Shown here piece after piece: positions 10,415 through 20,727 of a stretch of 64,000 nt of DNA. The stretch comes from Candidatus Latescibacterota bacterium (GTDB taxonomy: Bacteria > Latescibacterota > UBA2968 > GCA-2709665), in contig OZ241917.1 in the NCBI GenBank assembly GCA_965203805.1, positions 3,744,001-3,808,000 on the forward strand. The letters are read 5' to 3'. A model generated the notes under the pieces. It was not told the DNA's origin and made no database searches. It saw nothing but the letters and a program-made list of their open reading frames with translations. Both the position numbers and the translations under genes were made by a program. Numbering within the stretch: the first letter of the stretch is position 1; each line of letters opens with the position of its first letter.

Positions 10415-11813
10415 GTGAGACGAAAGAAAGCCGATTTGCGCGCGCGCGTCAACGACAATTTGAAGATCGAATTCACCGGTGAAGGCCTCACTTCGTATGT
10501 GGGTTTGGAATTGTTGATGCGATATTTGCGGAACGTGGATTGGAACAGGCAATTGCGCCGTCATTTGGGCAATGTGGGCTTTGGCGGCGATTTCGGTGTG
10601 GTGAGCCTTTCCCGTGTTGTATTGGGATTGCTGGTGGTGGGCGGCCGTCGGTTGCGACATCTGGATTTCTTGAAAGGAGATCCCCTGCTGCAGCGGTTCT
10701 GCGGTCTGACGGATCTACCGCCCCCCCGTAGCATGAGCGCGTTTCTGAGACGGTTTACCGACAAGGGTCTCAATGCCCTGAAAGCCCTCAACGCCGATGT
10801 TGTTGCCCATAAGATCAAGTTGTTGCGCGCCCGGAAATTGACGATCGACGTGGACGGCACCGTGTTGTGCACCGGAAAACGCGTCGGCGGCGCCCGCCGC
10901 GGGTATAATCCGCATCATCGCAAAGTCCCCAGTTACTATCCGATTACCGCCTACCTGGCCGACAGTGGTCATTTTCTGGGCGCCCACAACCGGCCCGGCA
11001 ACATCAACGATGGCAGTGCCTCCATCGAGTTTCTAAAGGATGTGTTTTCTCAGATCAAGGAAAGCTTGGGACACGCCTACTCCCTGCGATTCCGCATGGA
11101 TGGCGACTTTTTCAAGAAAGATGTGATCAACAGGCTCGACAAGAACAAGGCCTCGTATGCCATCAAGGTGCCCTTTTGGAAAGGCTTGGACTTACAGCAC
11201 AAAATCCGTCAATGCAGCAACTGGCAGCGCATCGAGAAAGGCGTCGACGGCTTCACGTCAACGCTGACGGTCAAAAAATGGGAACGCACCCTCAACATTG
11301 CCATCTTTCGAAAACGCGTGATGCATCAAACCCGCAAAAACTACCAGTTGGACCTATTCGATCTCGATGACGGTACCTTCGAATACTCTGCGGTGGCCAC
11401 CAATCTACCTTTCAAGTTGCGCTCGCTCCGGCGCTTCATGGCAGGGCGCGGCGTGCACGAGAGAGCCATCGGCGAACTCAAGACCGGACTCAGCTTCGAT
11501 ACCATCCCCACACACGATACCCACGCCAATAGTGCCTGGCAACAGTTCGTCATTCTCGCGTACAACCTCCTGGTCAACTTCCAGATCGAAACCGGACCGA
11601 CAAAACGCAATCGCACCTTGAAAAATACCAACCGACCTGCCTGCTGCAGGCAGGTGGCCACTCAAATCCATACGCACCCTACGGTTCGAACTCGTCAACC
11701 GAGCCGGACACCTCGTGCGACCCGAAGGACGCCTTACACTGCGCCTCCAACGCAACAAACACACCGAAAAACATTACCGTCAAAGTTGCAATGCGCTACA
11801 GAAAGCTGCCTGA
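10415..11813 (+). pseudogene. IS1380 transposase, frameshifted near its C-terminus by a 19-bp palindrome insertion
   Basis: TIDVDGT, RMDGDFF and GRGVHERAIGELK DDE motifs. The C-terminus LKSIRTLRFELVNRAG...QKAA* lies in another frame after 11654. Confidence 0.85.
11636..11654. repeat. 19-bp palindrome CCTGCCTGCTGCAGGCAGG inserted in the transposase
   Basis: Perfect 9-bp arms around a central T. Removing it restores the reading frame. Confidence 0.85.
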
Positions 11814-11834
11814 TTTATTTCAAATTTAGGTTAA

Positions 11835-11905
11835 ACACCAAATCGCCCGTGTTCTTGCGGGTATATCCAAGTTCATGTTGCTTAATTTTGTCGAATCTAA
11901 GTTAG
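11835..11905 (+). repeat. 71-bp IS1380/MITE-like right-end remnant, copy 1
   Basis: Aligns without gaps to 20174-20244 (13 mismatches by eye). Ends ...GTCGAATCTAAG|TTAG. Confidence 0.7.
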
Positions 11906-12396
11906 AGTCTAAGACCTTGAGACACAGACGGTGACGGGGTTGCGATCGCGATTTCCTCGGCAGAAGACACGTGACTATTACGGCATTTCTCGACTCTATG
12001 TTCGATCCGAGTACCGCCAATGAACCGCGCGTGGAGTCTCCCGCGCTGTAAGTTGCGAATATTCTTGAATGTCCAATGCGTGTGGAGGTGTCTTGGCCAT
12101 CCTCACCTTGTGCAGATTAATTGCAAATCTGGGTCTACGACCTCCGTCGCAACAAGGGATGTGTCCGTTTGAGGAATTGACTACTACCCGGCCGATTTCG
12201 TTGTTATTAAGGGGAGCGTCAAATAGTTGACAATATTAGAGGGCAGCGTAGCGTACGGATGGGACCTGACAGTAGCGTTAATTACCAAGAGCGGCAAATG
12301 GTTGACATCTATGCCCGGCTACGCCAGCAATATGCTCCCCGTAATAACGCGAAACATGGCCTCAGGCTGAACCGGAAACTCTGGTGACGGAATCTT

Positions 12397-14139
12397 ATGT
12401 TTCGTGACAGGACCGAAAACAGCCGCATCTTGCGGCCTTCATATCGCCAAATTCTGACCAAGTATCTGGGATTTCAAAAACGCCTAGTTGGCTTGCTAGC
12501 GACTCTGTTGATGGCTGCGATCGCCATGCAATTGATCAGCCCGCAAATTGTGCGGCAGTTCATCGATGAGGCCCTCGCAGGTGGCGAGCTAACTCTACTC
12601 GCTGTCGTCTTTATGCTAGTGACCGTATCGGCGCGGGTGCTTACAGTTCTTACAGTGTATACTAGTGAAAAAGTAGCTTGGGAGGCTACTAACGCGCTAC
12701 GCCACGATTTAGTTGAACATTGCCTAAGGCTAGATATAGAATTCCACGAAGAAAATTCGCCCGGTGTTCTAATCGAGCGGATCGACGGAGATGCGGCTAA
12801 GCTGGCGTCGTTTTTTTCTAGTCTTGTACTTCGCATTCTTGGCAATGTCCTGTTGTTGTCTGGAGTCTTGATCGCAATGTTTGTCGAGGATTGGCGTATA
12901 GGATTCTTGATGACCGTTTATGCGGCACTTACGATCAGCGTGATGTGGTTCTTCCGTAGTTTGGCAGTATCGCATTGGAAGGAAGCCCGTTCGGCGGCCA
13001 CAATGCTATTCGGATTTATTGAGGAGCGGATGGCGGGTGCCAGCGAGGTTCGCGCTGTAGGTGGGCTAAGACAAACCGTTCGTCAACTGCAGGAACATAC
13101 GCAACTGCGGATGAAAAGTGAACTCCGAGCTAGTATCATGAATGTAAGACTTAGGGTCTGCAACACGGGTTCATATGTTCTCGGCCAAGTGCTCGCAGTC
13201 GGGATGGGATACTATCTATACAATCAAGATGCGATCACTGTCGGCACGATTTTTCTGATCGTTAACTACGCCGATTTACTGTTTTGGCCACTTCGTGAGA
13301 TTAACTATCAAGTTGAGGGTCTTCAGCAGGCCGGCGGAAGTGTTGAACGAATTCTCGAATTGCACCATAGGCAAGGCAGAGTCTCCTCCGGGGTAAAGCG
13401 ATTTGGGTGGGGGGGACCGATGGAGGTGTCATTCGAAAAGGTGAGCTTTAGTTACAACCAGAAAAATACAGTTCTTGATGACGTATCCTTTTCTTTGGCA
13501 AGAGGTAGAGTGCTAAGTGTCTTAGGACGTACAGGATCAGGGAAAAGCACACTAGCGAAGCTCATCTCCAGACAAATACACCCTATGAGAGGCAATATCA
13601 CGATCGATCATATGGCAATTGGTGAAATCTCTGAGTGTGACTTTCGGAGATATGTTGGATCGACACCCCAGTCAGTTCAGTTATTCCGCGGTACGGTACG
13701 CGATAATTTGACATTCTTCGAAGGAAAAATTCCAGATCACTCTCTTCTAAGGGTTGTCGATGCCCTCGGACTCGGGGAGTGGTTTGACACACTTCCAATG
13801 GGGTTAGATACGCAAATAAAGGCATCTGGTGAAGGGTTTTCCGCTGGTGAAGGACAACTGATCGCTCTGATGCGGATATTTCTTAGAGATCCCGGACTGG
13901 TTGTCCTTGACGAGGTGTCATCACGGCTCGATCCAGTCACAAAAACCCATGTGGAACGCGCGGTCAGCGAACTAGTGAAAGGCCGCACCACGGTACTCGT
14001 TACGCACGATCCCGAGACTGTGAATCGCTCAGACGATGTCCTCATTTTGGAGAATGGGCGAATTCGTGAGTATGGAAAACGACAACGGCTATTTCAGAAT
14101 ATTGAATCATACCTAGCTTCCGTACCCATACAGAGATGA
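12397..14139 (+). CDS. ABC exporter half-transporter (TMD-NBD, MsbA/TM288-like)
   Basis: Six-TM N-terminus, Walker A GRTGSGKS, degenerate signature FSAGE, Walker B VVLDE, H-loop. Confidence 0.93.
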   Translation: MFRDRTENSRILRPSYRQILTKYLGFQKRLVGLLATLLMAAIAMQLISPQIVRQFIDEALAGGELTLLAVVFMLVTVSARVLTVLTVYTSEKVAWEATNALRHDLVEHCLRLDIEFHEENSPGVLIERIDGDAAKLASFFSSLVLRILGNVLLLSGVLIAMFVEDWRIGFLMTVYAALTISVMWFFRSLAVSHWKEARSAATMLFGFIEERMAGASEVRAVGGLRQTVRQLQEHTQLRMKSELRASIMNVRLRVCNTGSYVLGQVLAVGMGYYLYNQDAITVGTIFLIVNYADLLFWPLREINYQVEGLQQAGGSVERILELHHRQGRVSSGVKRFGWGGPMEVSFEKVSFSYNQKNTVLDDVSFSLARGRVLSVLGRTGSGKSTLAKLISRQIHPMRGNITIDHMAIGEISECDFRRYVGSTPQSVQLFRGTVRDNLTFFEGKIPDHSLLRVVDALGLGEWFDTLPMGLDTQIKASGEGFSAGEGQLIALMRIFLRDPGLVVLDEVSSRLDPVTKTHVERAVSELVKGRTTVLVTHDPETVNRSDDVLILENGRIREYGKRQRLFQNIESYLASVPIQR

Positions 14140-14152
14140 GGAAATTGTCAGG

Positions 14153-15901
14153 GTGTATGCTTTAAGAGCGGCACTGGTACTAATCCGAGTTCGGCGGGCA
14201 CTCTTCGTAGCCAACTTTGGTGCGATGGTGATGTATTTTGTGTCGGTACAAGCACCTGCTTGGCTGTTACGTGAATTCTTCGATATGCTTACGGGGGGCC
14301 CCGCTCGCTTGGGATTCTTTTCGGTTATTGCGTTGCTTGCAAGCGCGGGACTCGGTCGGATACTGGCGAACTACCTGATGGTCTCTACTCATGTACCATT
14401 TATGAACTCTGTCTCCAGTCTTCTACAAACAAATATGTTAGCACATGTACTGACGAAACCACAGGCAATTCCTAAGTCTCCTGGAGAATCGATTAGCCGA
14501 TTCAGAGATGATGTTGATTTCTCGCGACGCGTCCCGATGCGGATAAATGACCTCCTTGGGGGAGGTATTGCTGCTGTGGTCGCCGTCGGGGCTATGCTCA
14601 GCATTGATATTTCGATCACTATCGTTGCCCTACTTCCAATCTTGACAACTGTTGTCTTGTCGCACCTTGCTTCACCGAAGGTCGCGGAGGTTCGCAGACG
14701 AAGCCGTGAGGCCCACGGCGAAGTGACGAACTTCATTGGGGAGATTTTCGGGTCGGTTCAGAGTGTCAAGTTGAGCAACGCCGAGTCTCCCGTACTGTGC
14801 CAATTCGATAAGCTTGGCACAGTACGCTCCAAAACCGCTATAACAGACAGCTTCACTGCGGCAATCTTAAACGCTTGCAACGGAATCGCGGTCGGGCTTT
14901 CGACAGGAGGCGTTTTATTGTTCGCGGGTCCGTCTGCCTCATCTGGCGAAGTCTCAATGGGTGACCTTGTGCTCTTTCTATACTTTGCCGGTTTCATTAC
15001 GGAGTGGGCACAATTGATCGGTTCAAGTATTTTGACGTTCAGGCAGGCTGACGTTTCCTTCCAGCGGATGTTAAAGCTCATACCGGGTGCCCAATTAAAA
15101 GATCTCGTCGGACCCCGCCAGCTTTTCATAAATGGAAGCGGGCGAGGGCGGCCGTTTTATTGTGTTCCGGCGAAAGACCCATTGGAGTTGCTAAAGGTAC
15201 GCGGGCTGACTTTCAAATATCCCCGATCGAATAAGGGAATCCAAAATGTGAATCTAGATCTTCTCGGCGGCTCGTTAACGGTAATTGCCGGGAGAGTTGG
15301 ATCTGGGAAAAGCACAATTATAAGAGCGCTCTTGGGGCTAGTTCCCCAGCAGAGAGGCGAGGTCTATTGGAACGGCAAAATCGTGTCGGATCGTGGTTCC
15401 TTCTTCGTGCCTCCGCGTAGCTCCTATACTCCACAGCATATACATTTGTTCAGTGGGACGCTTCGCGAGAATATCGCCCTGGGTTTCTCAGATGATGACA
15501 GGAGTATTGAAAGGGCGATTAGACTAGCGGTGCTGGATGAGGATGTCAAGACTCTCGAAGAAGGGATAGATACAATAATAGGTCAACGGGGGCTAAAGCT
15601 CTCGGGTGGCCAGAAACAACGCGTGGCCATAGCGCGAATGTTGATTTCTCGATCAGAGTTCCTAGTCCTTGATGACCCTACAAGCTCCCTGGACATGACA
15701 ACCGAGAACGAGTTTTGGAAAAGGCTTTGCGATTGGGAAAGTTCGAGCATTCTTGCAGCCTCAAATAGCGCGGTTGCGTTGAAGAAATCCGATCAGGTTA
15801 TCGTAATGAAGGACGGTGAGGTGCACGCGGTTGGGAAGTCTATGTCACTGCTAACGTCGTGCGCCGAACTACAGCAAATATGGAACGGAGATCTTGGGTA
15901 G
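14153..15901 (+). CDS. ABC exporter half-transporter (TMD-NBD, TM287-like partner)
   Basis: Walker A GRVGSGKS, signature LSGGQ, Walker B LVLDD (Glu replaced by Asp), no H-loop His. Confidence 0.92.
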   Translation: MYALRAALVLIRVRRALFVANFGAMVMYFVSVQAPAWLLREFFDMLTGGPARLGFFSVIALLASAGLGRILANYLMVSTHVPFMNSVSSLLQTNMLAHVLTKPQAIPKSPGESISRFRDDVDFSRRVPMRINDLLGGGIAAVVAVGAMLSIDISITIVALLPILTTVVLSHLASPKVAEVRRRSREAHGEVTNFIGEIFGSVQSVKLSNAESPVLCQFDKLGTVRSKTAITDSFTAAILNACNGIAVGLSTGGVLLFAGPSASSGEVSMGDLVLFLYFAGFITEWAQLIGSSILTFRQADVSFQRMLKLIPGAQLKDLVGPRQLFINGSGRGRPFYCVPAKDPLELLKVRGLTFKYPRSNKGIQNVNLDLLGGSLTVIAGRVGSGKSTIIRALLGLVPQQRGEVYWNGKIVSDRGSFFVPPRSSYTPQHIHLFSGTLRENIALGFSDDDRSIERAIRLAVLDEDVKTLEEGIDTIIGQRGLKLSGGQKQRVAIARMLISRSEFLVLDDPTSSLDMTTENEFWKRLCDWESSSILAASNSAVALKKSDQVIVMKDGEVHAVGKSMSLLTSCAELQQIWNGDLG

Positions 15902-16078
15902 TGGTTGTTTGCGCTAAAGGGAACCTATGCTAAACTTCGTCCGATCGCATAGACAACCGAATTATGCACAAAAACCCAAGCGAAAGACTTCCTAAGGATT
16001 TTTGTATGGGTACCAAGAGTTTTTTACAAAGCGGGCACGAAACTTGTATAAACACTCACACACAGTTTGGAGGCGCAA

Positions 16079-17224
16079 ATGCCAAATCTTAAGGATCGTA
16101 TCAGCGTTGACCTCAATGAGAACCTGCAATACCGCCCGGTATTAGGAAAGTCTGTGGATGAGCGCCTTGATTTAGACATAGATAGAGTGATGAACAAGGT
16201 TCAGTACCCTGAAAGACTGTTCGCTGGCCTTGACGATATCGAGTTGCCTGCTCTTGAGCAACTGTTGAGAGAAACTCAATTGTATGTGCTCGGTCTGCGT
16301 TTGACCAATGTCTGTAACTACGACTGTGTATATTGTGGAACTGCAGCAAAGAGAGGCCGTGATTCCAAACTTGTCCTGAGAACCCGGGAGTACCGGGACG
16401 TAGTCGAACAAGCCTCCGAACTTGGAGTAAGCAGCATAATTTTCGGTGCAAATGGCGAACCACTAATGACCAAGGATCTATTGGAGATTGTGGAGTACAC
16501 GGCAAAACATAATATGACGCCGATAATCTTCACGAACTTGTCAATTTTAGGTCATGATCAACTGTGTGAACGTCTCCATGGAATTTCAGGCATATCTCTA
16601 ATGCAGAGACTGGATGATGCCGGTACCTCATTGATTATTGCGTGTGAGTCGCTAGAGGAAAGGACTTACAATGCGATCATGGGTGTCGACACGTTTAGAT
16701 ACTTCGAGGCCGGAATTGAGAGAATCCAATCAAGCTCCTCGTTCACGCAATACCGGGAGTTTGGGCTCTTGCCTTTGTGTAGAATTGCGGTCTCAACAGT
16801 GGTGATGCCGATCAACTACAAGGAATGTCATGCACTAAGAGATTTCGCACACAGTTTGAATGGACTGATAGTCCTCAAGCCGCCATCTTTGCACGGGTCG
16901 GCAAAAAAGAATGCGAAGGATATGTTTGCACCAGAGCAAGTTGCAGACATCCGTAAGGAATTGAATGAGCTCTCCGATAAGCGTGCAACCCTTCAGATTT
17001 TGACGCTCGCTTGCGCATCGTGGACCCTAGGATTGTCCATAGATAATGAGGGAAACTACATGAGTTGCATGACTGAGGAAGTAAACCCGTTCGGTGAAGG
17101 TCTGACCGTGAGAAACACGCGTTTGCGTTCAGTAGTGCAAAGACGAAATGAACTAGTCAAGCTCAGTAATACCATTTGTCCAGTAAAGGACAAATTCTAC
17201 ACGCCGGAACCGGCCCAAATCTAG
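16079..17224 (+). CDS. radical SAM protein with a short twitch/SPASM-like C-terminus
   Basis: CNYDCVYC motif, GEP, C-terminal C...SIDNEGNYMSC...C. ATG 16079 follows GGAGG. Confidence 0.9.
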   Translation: MPNLKDRISVDLNENLQYRPVLGKSVDERLDLDIDRVMNKVQYPERLFAGLDDIELPALEQLLRETQLYVLGLRLTNVCNYDCVYCGTAAKRGRDSKLVLRTREYRDVVEQASELGVSSIIFGANGEPLMTKDLLEIVEYTAKHNMTPIIFTNLSILGHDQLCERLHGISGISLMQRLDDAGTSLIIACESLEERTYNAIMGVDTFRYFEAGIERIQSSSSFTQYREFGLLPLCRIAVSTVVMPINYKECHALRDFAHSLNGLIVLKPPSLHGSAKKNAKDMFAPEQVADIRKELNELSDKRATLQILTLACASWTLGLSIDNEGNYMSCMTEEVNPFGEGLTVRNTRLRSVVQRRNELVKLSNTICPVKDKFYTPEPAQI

Positions 17225-17515
17225 GCTGCACAGGAAACGTCCCCCTTCGCGATCCGTACATGGAGTTCGGATTGAACTTTATGCATCAAGAATAGCCAAT
17301 CCACAAGGCGGTCGTCGAACGCAGGAGAATTGGGGAGTTTCGTTCGTCCGAGAAAGCATTCGTCCCACATTTAGCCGGTAGAGTTTTGAGAATCGTCGTC
17401 TTGTGACATTGATTCGCCGTTATTTTTCAGACCACATAACGCTGAAGACCTCCTGAATTATTCAATTCGGGGATAAGAGTTAATCGGTGGATTCCTAATT
17501 CCTGGCGATAGAAAA

Positions 17516-18808
17516 ATGAAAGAACATGGAAATCCCAATCTTGCAACTCTAAAGGACCCTAATGGACTTGTGCATGACTGGAACGTAGAACGATTTCCAC
17601 CTCGGTTTTGTGGATTTGTAGACGAGACAATAAGGGATGGTCTCCAGGCTCCCAACGCTCCAGCCTTAAGCACTTCGGATCGGATGGATTTTATCGATCT
17701 GATGGTGCGATCAGGAATAACAGATGTGATAGTTGGGATGGTTGGTCCCGGCCGTGAAAACAGAGATAGGATTGAGGCGCTCTTACGAAGCTGTGACGAG
17801 CGTTCCTATCCCATCCAAACTTGGCTGCTATCTCGGCATTCAGACGAGGATCTGCAAGAGTTGGTAGATATTAGTCAGTCAACTGGGTGTGATTTTGGCA
17901 TGAACATATTTCTTTGTGCGAGTAATATCCGACTGTTTGCGGAAGGCTGGGACTTGAAGAAGCTACTTAGAAAACTTGAAAGGTGTCTTCAGGTCCAAGG
18001 CCGTGAGTTTTCTGAAATACGAGTTGCAATTGAAGATGCCACGAGAACGTTCCCAAACACCTTGGCTGAAGTGGCCAAACTAGCGATTGAGAATGGAGCA
18101 ACAAGAATTACTGTAGCCGATACTGCTGGGATTTCTACTCCCGATGGAGTAAGGAGGATTTTTGAATTCCTACAAGCGTCGCACCTGGCCCTTGCTGACG
18201 GACTGGTGAAGCTAGAATGGCATGGACATAATGATCGGGGTTTGGCGGTTTCAAACAGCCTTGAAAGTATTCAGTGTGGTGCCAGCTACGTGCATGGAAC
18301 TATCCTTGGAGTAGGTGAGAGAAACGGTAATGCCGCACTTGACACGGTCATACTCAATCTTGCCGATATTCTATCGGACAAGATGAATTGGACGGCGCTG
18401 CAGAAGTATTATCATGTATGCTACGATAAATTCAGAGATGTAATAGCCAAAAACCATCCATTTCTTGGCGAGAATTCCTTCATTACTTCCACGGGAACAC
18501 ACTGTGCTGCAATCAAAAAGGCGCTGGAGAAGGGGTGCCCCGAGATTGCGCAAAGCCTCTTTTCCCCTGCCTCAGCGTACAACGATGTAGAGAGCATTTC
18601 ATTTCAGGTGTCTCCCAATAGCGGAAGACGAAGTGTGCAACTTGTACTCGAGCGTATTGGGATAGATTATCGGAACGAATGTCTGATCGAGGAGATATTG
18701 GATTTGGCAAACTGCCTGAATCGGACCCTGACTAATCGCGAGATAAGAAACATAACGGAGGCCTGTATTGGATCTAAGCGAGAGCAGTCTGTGAACGAAT
18801 CACAATAA
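17516..18808 (+). CDS. DRE-TIM metallolyase, 2-isopropylmalate/homocitrate synthase-like (LeuA family, no regulatory domain)
   Basis: DETIRDGLQ, ADTAG, WHGHNDRGLAVSN and GVGERNGNA motifs. Confidence 0.9.
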   Translation: MKEHGNPNLATLKDPNGLVHDWNVERFPPRFCGFVDETIRDGLQAPNAPALSTSDRMDFIDLMVRSGITDVIVGMVGPGRENRDRIEALLRSCDERSYPIQTWLLSRHSDEDLQELVDISQSTGCDFGMNIFLCASNIRLFAEGWDLKKLLRKLERCLQVQGREFSEIRVAIEDATRTFPNTLAEVAKLAIENGATRITVADTAGISTPDGVRRIFEFLQASHLALADGLVKLEWHGHNDRGLAVSNSLESIQCGASYVHGTILGVGERNGNAALDTVILNLADILSDKMNWTALQKYYHVCYDKFRDVIAKNHPFLGENSFITSTGTHCAAIKKALEKGCPEIAQSLFSPASAYNDVESISFQVSPNSGRRSVQLVLERIGIDYRNECLIEEILDLANCLNRTLTNREIRNITEACIGSKREQSVNESQ

Positions 18809-18991
18809 TGGATTCGGCATCGTCCTGCCGTTTACAGTTCTTCAACTATAAGGGTGCAGGGTAGTATGAAAAACTCTCCCGAGAAGGTGCCGGAGCAATG
18901 GAGGAGAACATACCTCTGTAGCTATAGAGTTGACGATAGAGTTGACGGGTGTAGAGAATTTGCTGCAAGGCATACCCGATGAACCGGGCTA

Positions 18992-20149
18992 GTACTTAAT
19001 TGGTTAAATTAGAGTATTTTTCTTCAAGGGCTTTGGGTCGGACTTTTGTGGATTTCCACTCGAAGGGATGTGCGTTCTCGTTGTAGGCGTCAATGAAGTG
19101 ATTGATGGCGGTGCGTAAGTCTCGAATCGAGGTGAAGGAGCCGCCTTTGAGCGCGCTTCTCCACAGGATGCTGAACCAGATTTCGATCTGGTTGAGCCAG
19201 GATGCGTGGGTGGGGGTGTAGTAGAAGTGGACATTGGGATGGCGTGGCAGCCAGCGGTCGTTCTTGGGCTTGTGGGTGTTCAGGTTGTCGAGGATGATGT
19301 GGAGTTCCTGATCGGGGTATTCGGCGACAAGTTCGTTCATAAAGCTCAGAAACTGGCGTCGTTTGCGCCTTTTGTAATGCCCGGCCTTGACGAGGCCGGT
19401 GGCGACGTTCAATGCAGCGAATAAGGTGGTGGTGCCGTTTCTCTTGTATTCGTGGTTAAAGCCGGTCACGGCCTTGCCGTTGGGCAGCTTGAGCCATCCC
19501 TGTACCCTTTCCAACGCCTGGATCGCGGGCTTTTCATCGACGCACAAGACAATCGCATTTTTGGGAGGTTCCAGATACAACCCCACGATGGCTGCGGCCT
19601 TGGTGGCAAATTCCGGATCGGTGCTGATACACCAGCTGCGCCTTCTGGCCAGCGAAATGCCGTGGTTGCGCAAGACCTGCCAGACATAGTGGACAGAAAT
19701 TCCCAGCTTGTCGGCCAACAACGGACCGGTCCAGTTTCCATAGCCCTTGGGCGGGGCATCGTCCAAGGCCTCCAAAATGCGCTTTTCGCTTGACTGGTCG
19801 TACTTGGCAGGCTTGCCCGATCTCGCCTTGTCCTGCAACCCGGAAAGACCCGACTCGTGAAAGCGCCGGCGCCACTTGCACACCGTGGCCTCGCGCGTTC
19901 CCAGATCCCTGGCGATGTCCCGGTTCGCATCGCCCTGGGACGCTGAAAGAACAATCCGGGCGCGCAGCACATAACGGTGTTGCGTCTTGCCTGAACGTGT
20001 CCAACTCAACAGCGTCTCTTTTTCCTCGTCACGCAACGTGATCAACACGGCGGGGCGGCTCATAGGCGGTCTCCTCTCCACAGTTGAACTGAGATCGATT
20101 CCCTATGAGCACAAGATATATTATTTCGCTTTTTTTGTCAAGTAAGTAC
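18992..20149 (-). mobile_element. IS630-family insertion sequence
   Basis: TIRs GTACTTA.../...TAAGTAC with a TA duplication (18990-91, 20150-51) and an internal TTGACA-N17-TATCTT promoter. Confidence 0.92.
18996..20081 (-). CDS. IS630 transposase (intact)
   Basis: N-terminal HTH, CVDEK, HEYKRNGT, ILDNLNTHK, WLNQIEIWF. Confidence 0.95.
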   Translation of the reverse strand: MERRPPMSRPAVLITLRDEEKETLLSWTRSGKTQHRYVLRARIVLSASQGDANRDIARDLGTREATVCKWRRRFHESGLSGLQDKARSGKPAKYDQSSEKRILEALDDAPPKGYGNWTGPLLADKLGISVHYVWQVLRNHGISLARRRSWCISTDPEFATKAAAIVGLYLEPPKNAIVLCVDEKPAIQALERVQGWLKLPNGKAVTGFNHEYKRNGTTTLFAALNVATGLVKAGHYKRRKRRQFLSFMNELVAEYPDQELHIILDNLNTHKPKNDRWLPRHPNVHFYYTPTHASWLNQIEIWFSILWRSALKGGSFTSIRDLRTAINHFIDAYNENAHPFEWKSTKVRPKALEEKYSNLTN

Positions 20150-20173
20150 TAGTAGTAGATCCATCGACTCATT

Positions 20174-20244
20174 ACATCAGATCGCCTGTGTTCTTGCGGA
20201 TAAATCCGAGCTAATGTCGCTCAAATTTGTCGAATCAAGGTTAG
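20174..20244 (+). repeat. 71-bp IS1380/MITE-like right-end remnant, copy 2
   Basis: Ends ...GTCGAATCAAGG|TTAG and is similar to 11835-11905. Confidence 0.7.
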
Positions 20245-20727
20245 ACCGTTGAACGGGCGCGCGCTTTTACTTCCACCTATTCGGTTTCGGCTGAGAACAG
20301 TGAAGCAATTCGGCAAGTTGCGCCACGATTTCTGCTGCCTTCACCCCGTTGTGGCCAAACGTCGTTACAGATGCATTTTACATTCTTCGCCGCTCCTTCG
20401 CACTCTACATGTTTCTCTAATTTCAAAGGAGAAATTGCCTCATTGGTATAGGTGCAGAGGGATACCATGGTTACGTGAAAGACTGGGTAGCTAAGAAGGT
20501 CGGGCGCTATCTTATGTGCGGGCGCAAGGGTAAGGTTTTTGGAGGGAAGATGTGGAGTAGGCCATGGCCGTACAAAATACTTGGACATTTTTCGGAATAT
20601 TGGGTTTACTACCACGCGCCGAAAGGCACCGCGGTATAATGGGTCCCATGCCCTTGAGAGGAAATTAAGGGGAAAGACCAGTGTGTTCAAACCGTGCGAT
20701 AGGTATTATTTGGCGGGAGTTGAAACC

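Larger units (their letters stand above)
10259..11830 (+). mobile_element. IS1380-family insertion sequence (1572 bp)
   Basis: Imperfect TIRs CCTTATTTCGCAAATAA / TTATTTTCAAATTTAGG with a TTAA duplication at 10255-10258 and 11831-11834. Confidence 0.88.

Noticed and set aside
11814-11905. transposase C-terminus as given in the ORF track (530 aa)
   Set aside because: It is out-of-frame read-through beyond the IS end, caused by the 19-bp insertion.
17516-18808. housekeeping leuA or a phosphonate pathway (phosphonomethylmalate synthase)
   Set aside because: No leuBCD and no PEP mutase in the window; the substrate cannot be assigned from sequence.
18808-18982. two tiny ORFs (18 and 38 aa) as RiPP precursors for the radical SAM enzyme
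   Set aside because: No leader/core pattern or convincing SD, the rSAM lacks an evident RRE, and the context is NRPS/ACP.
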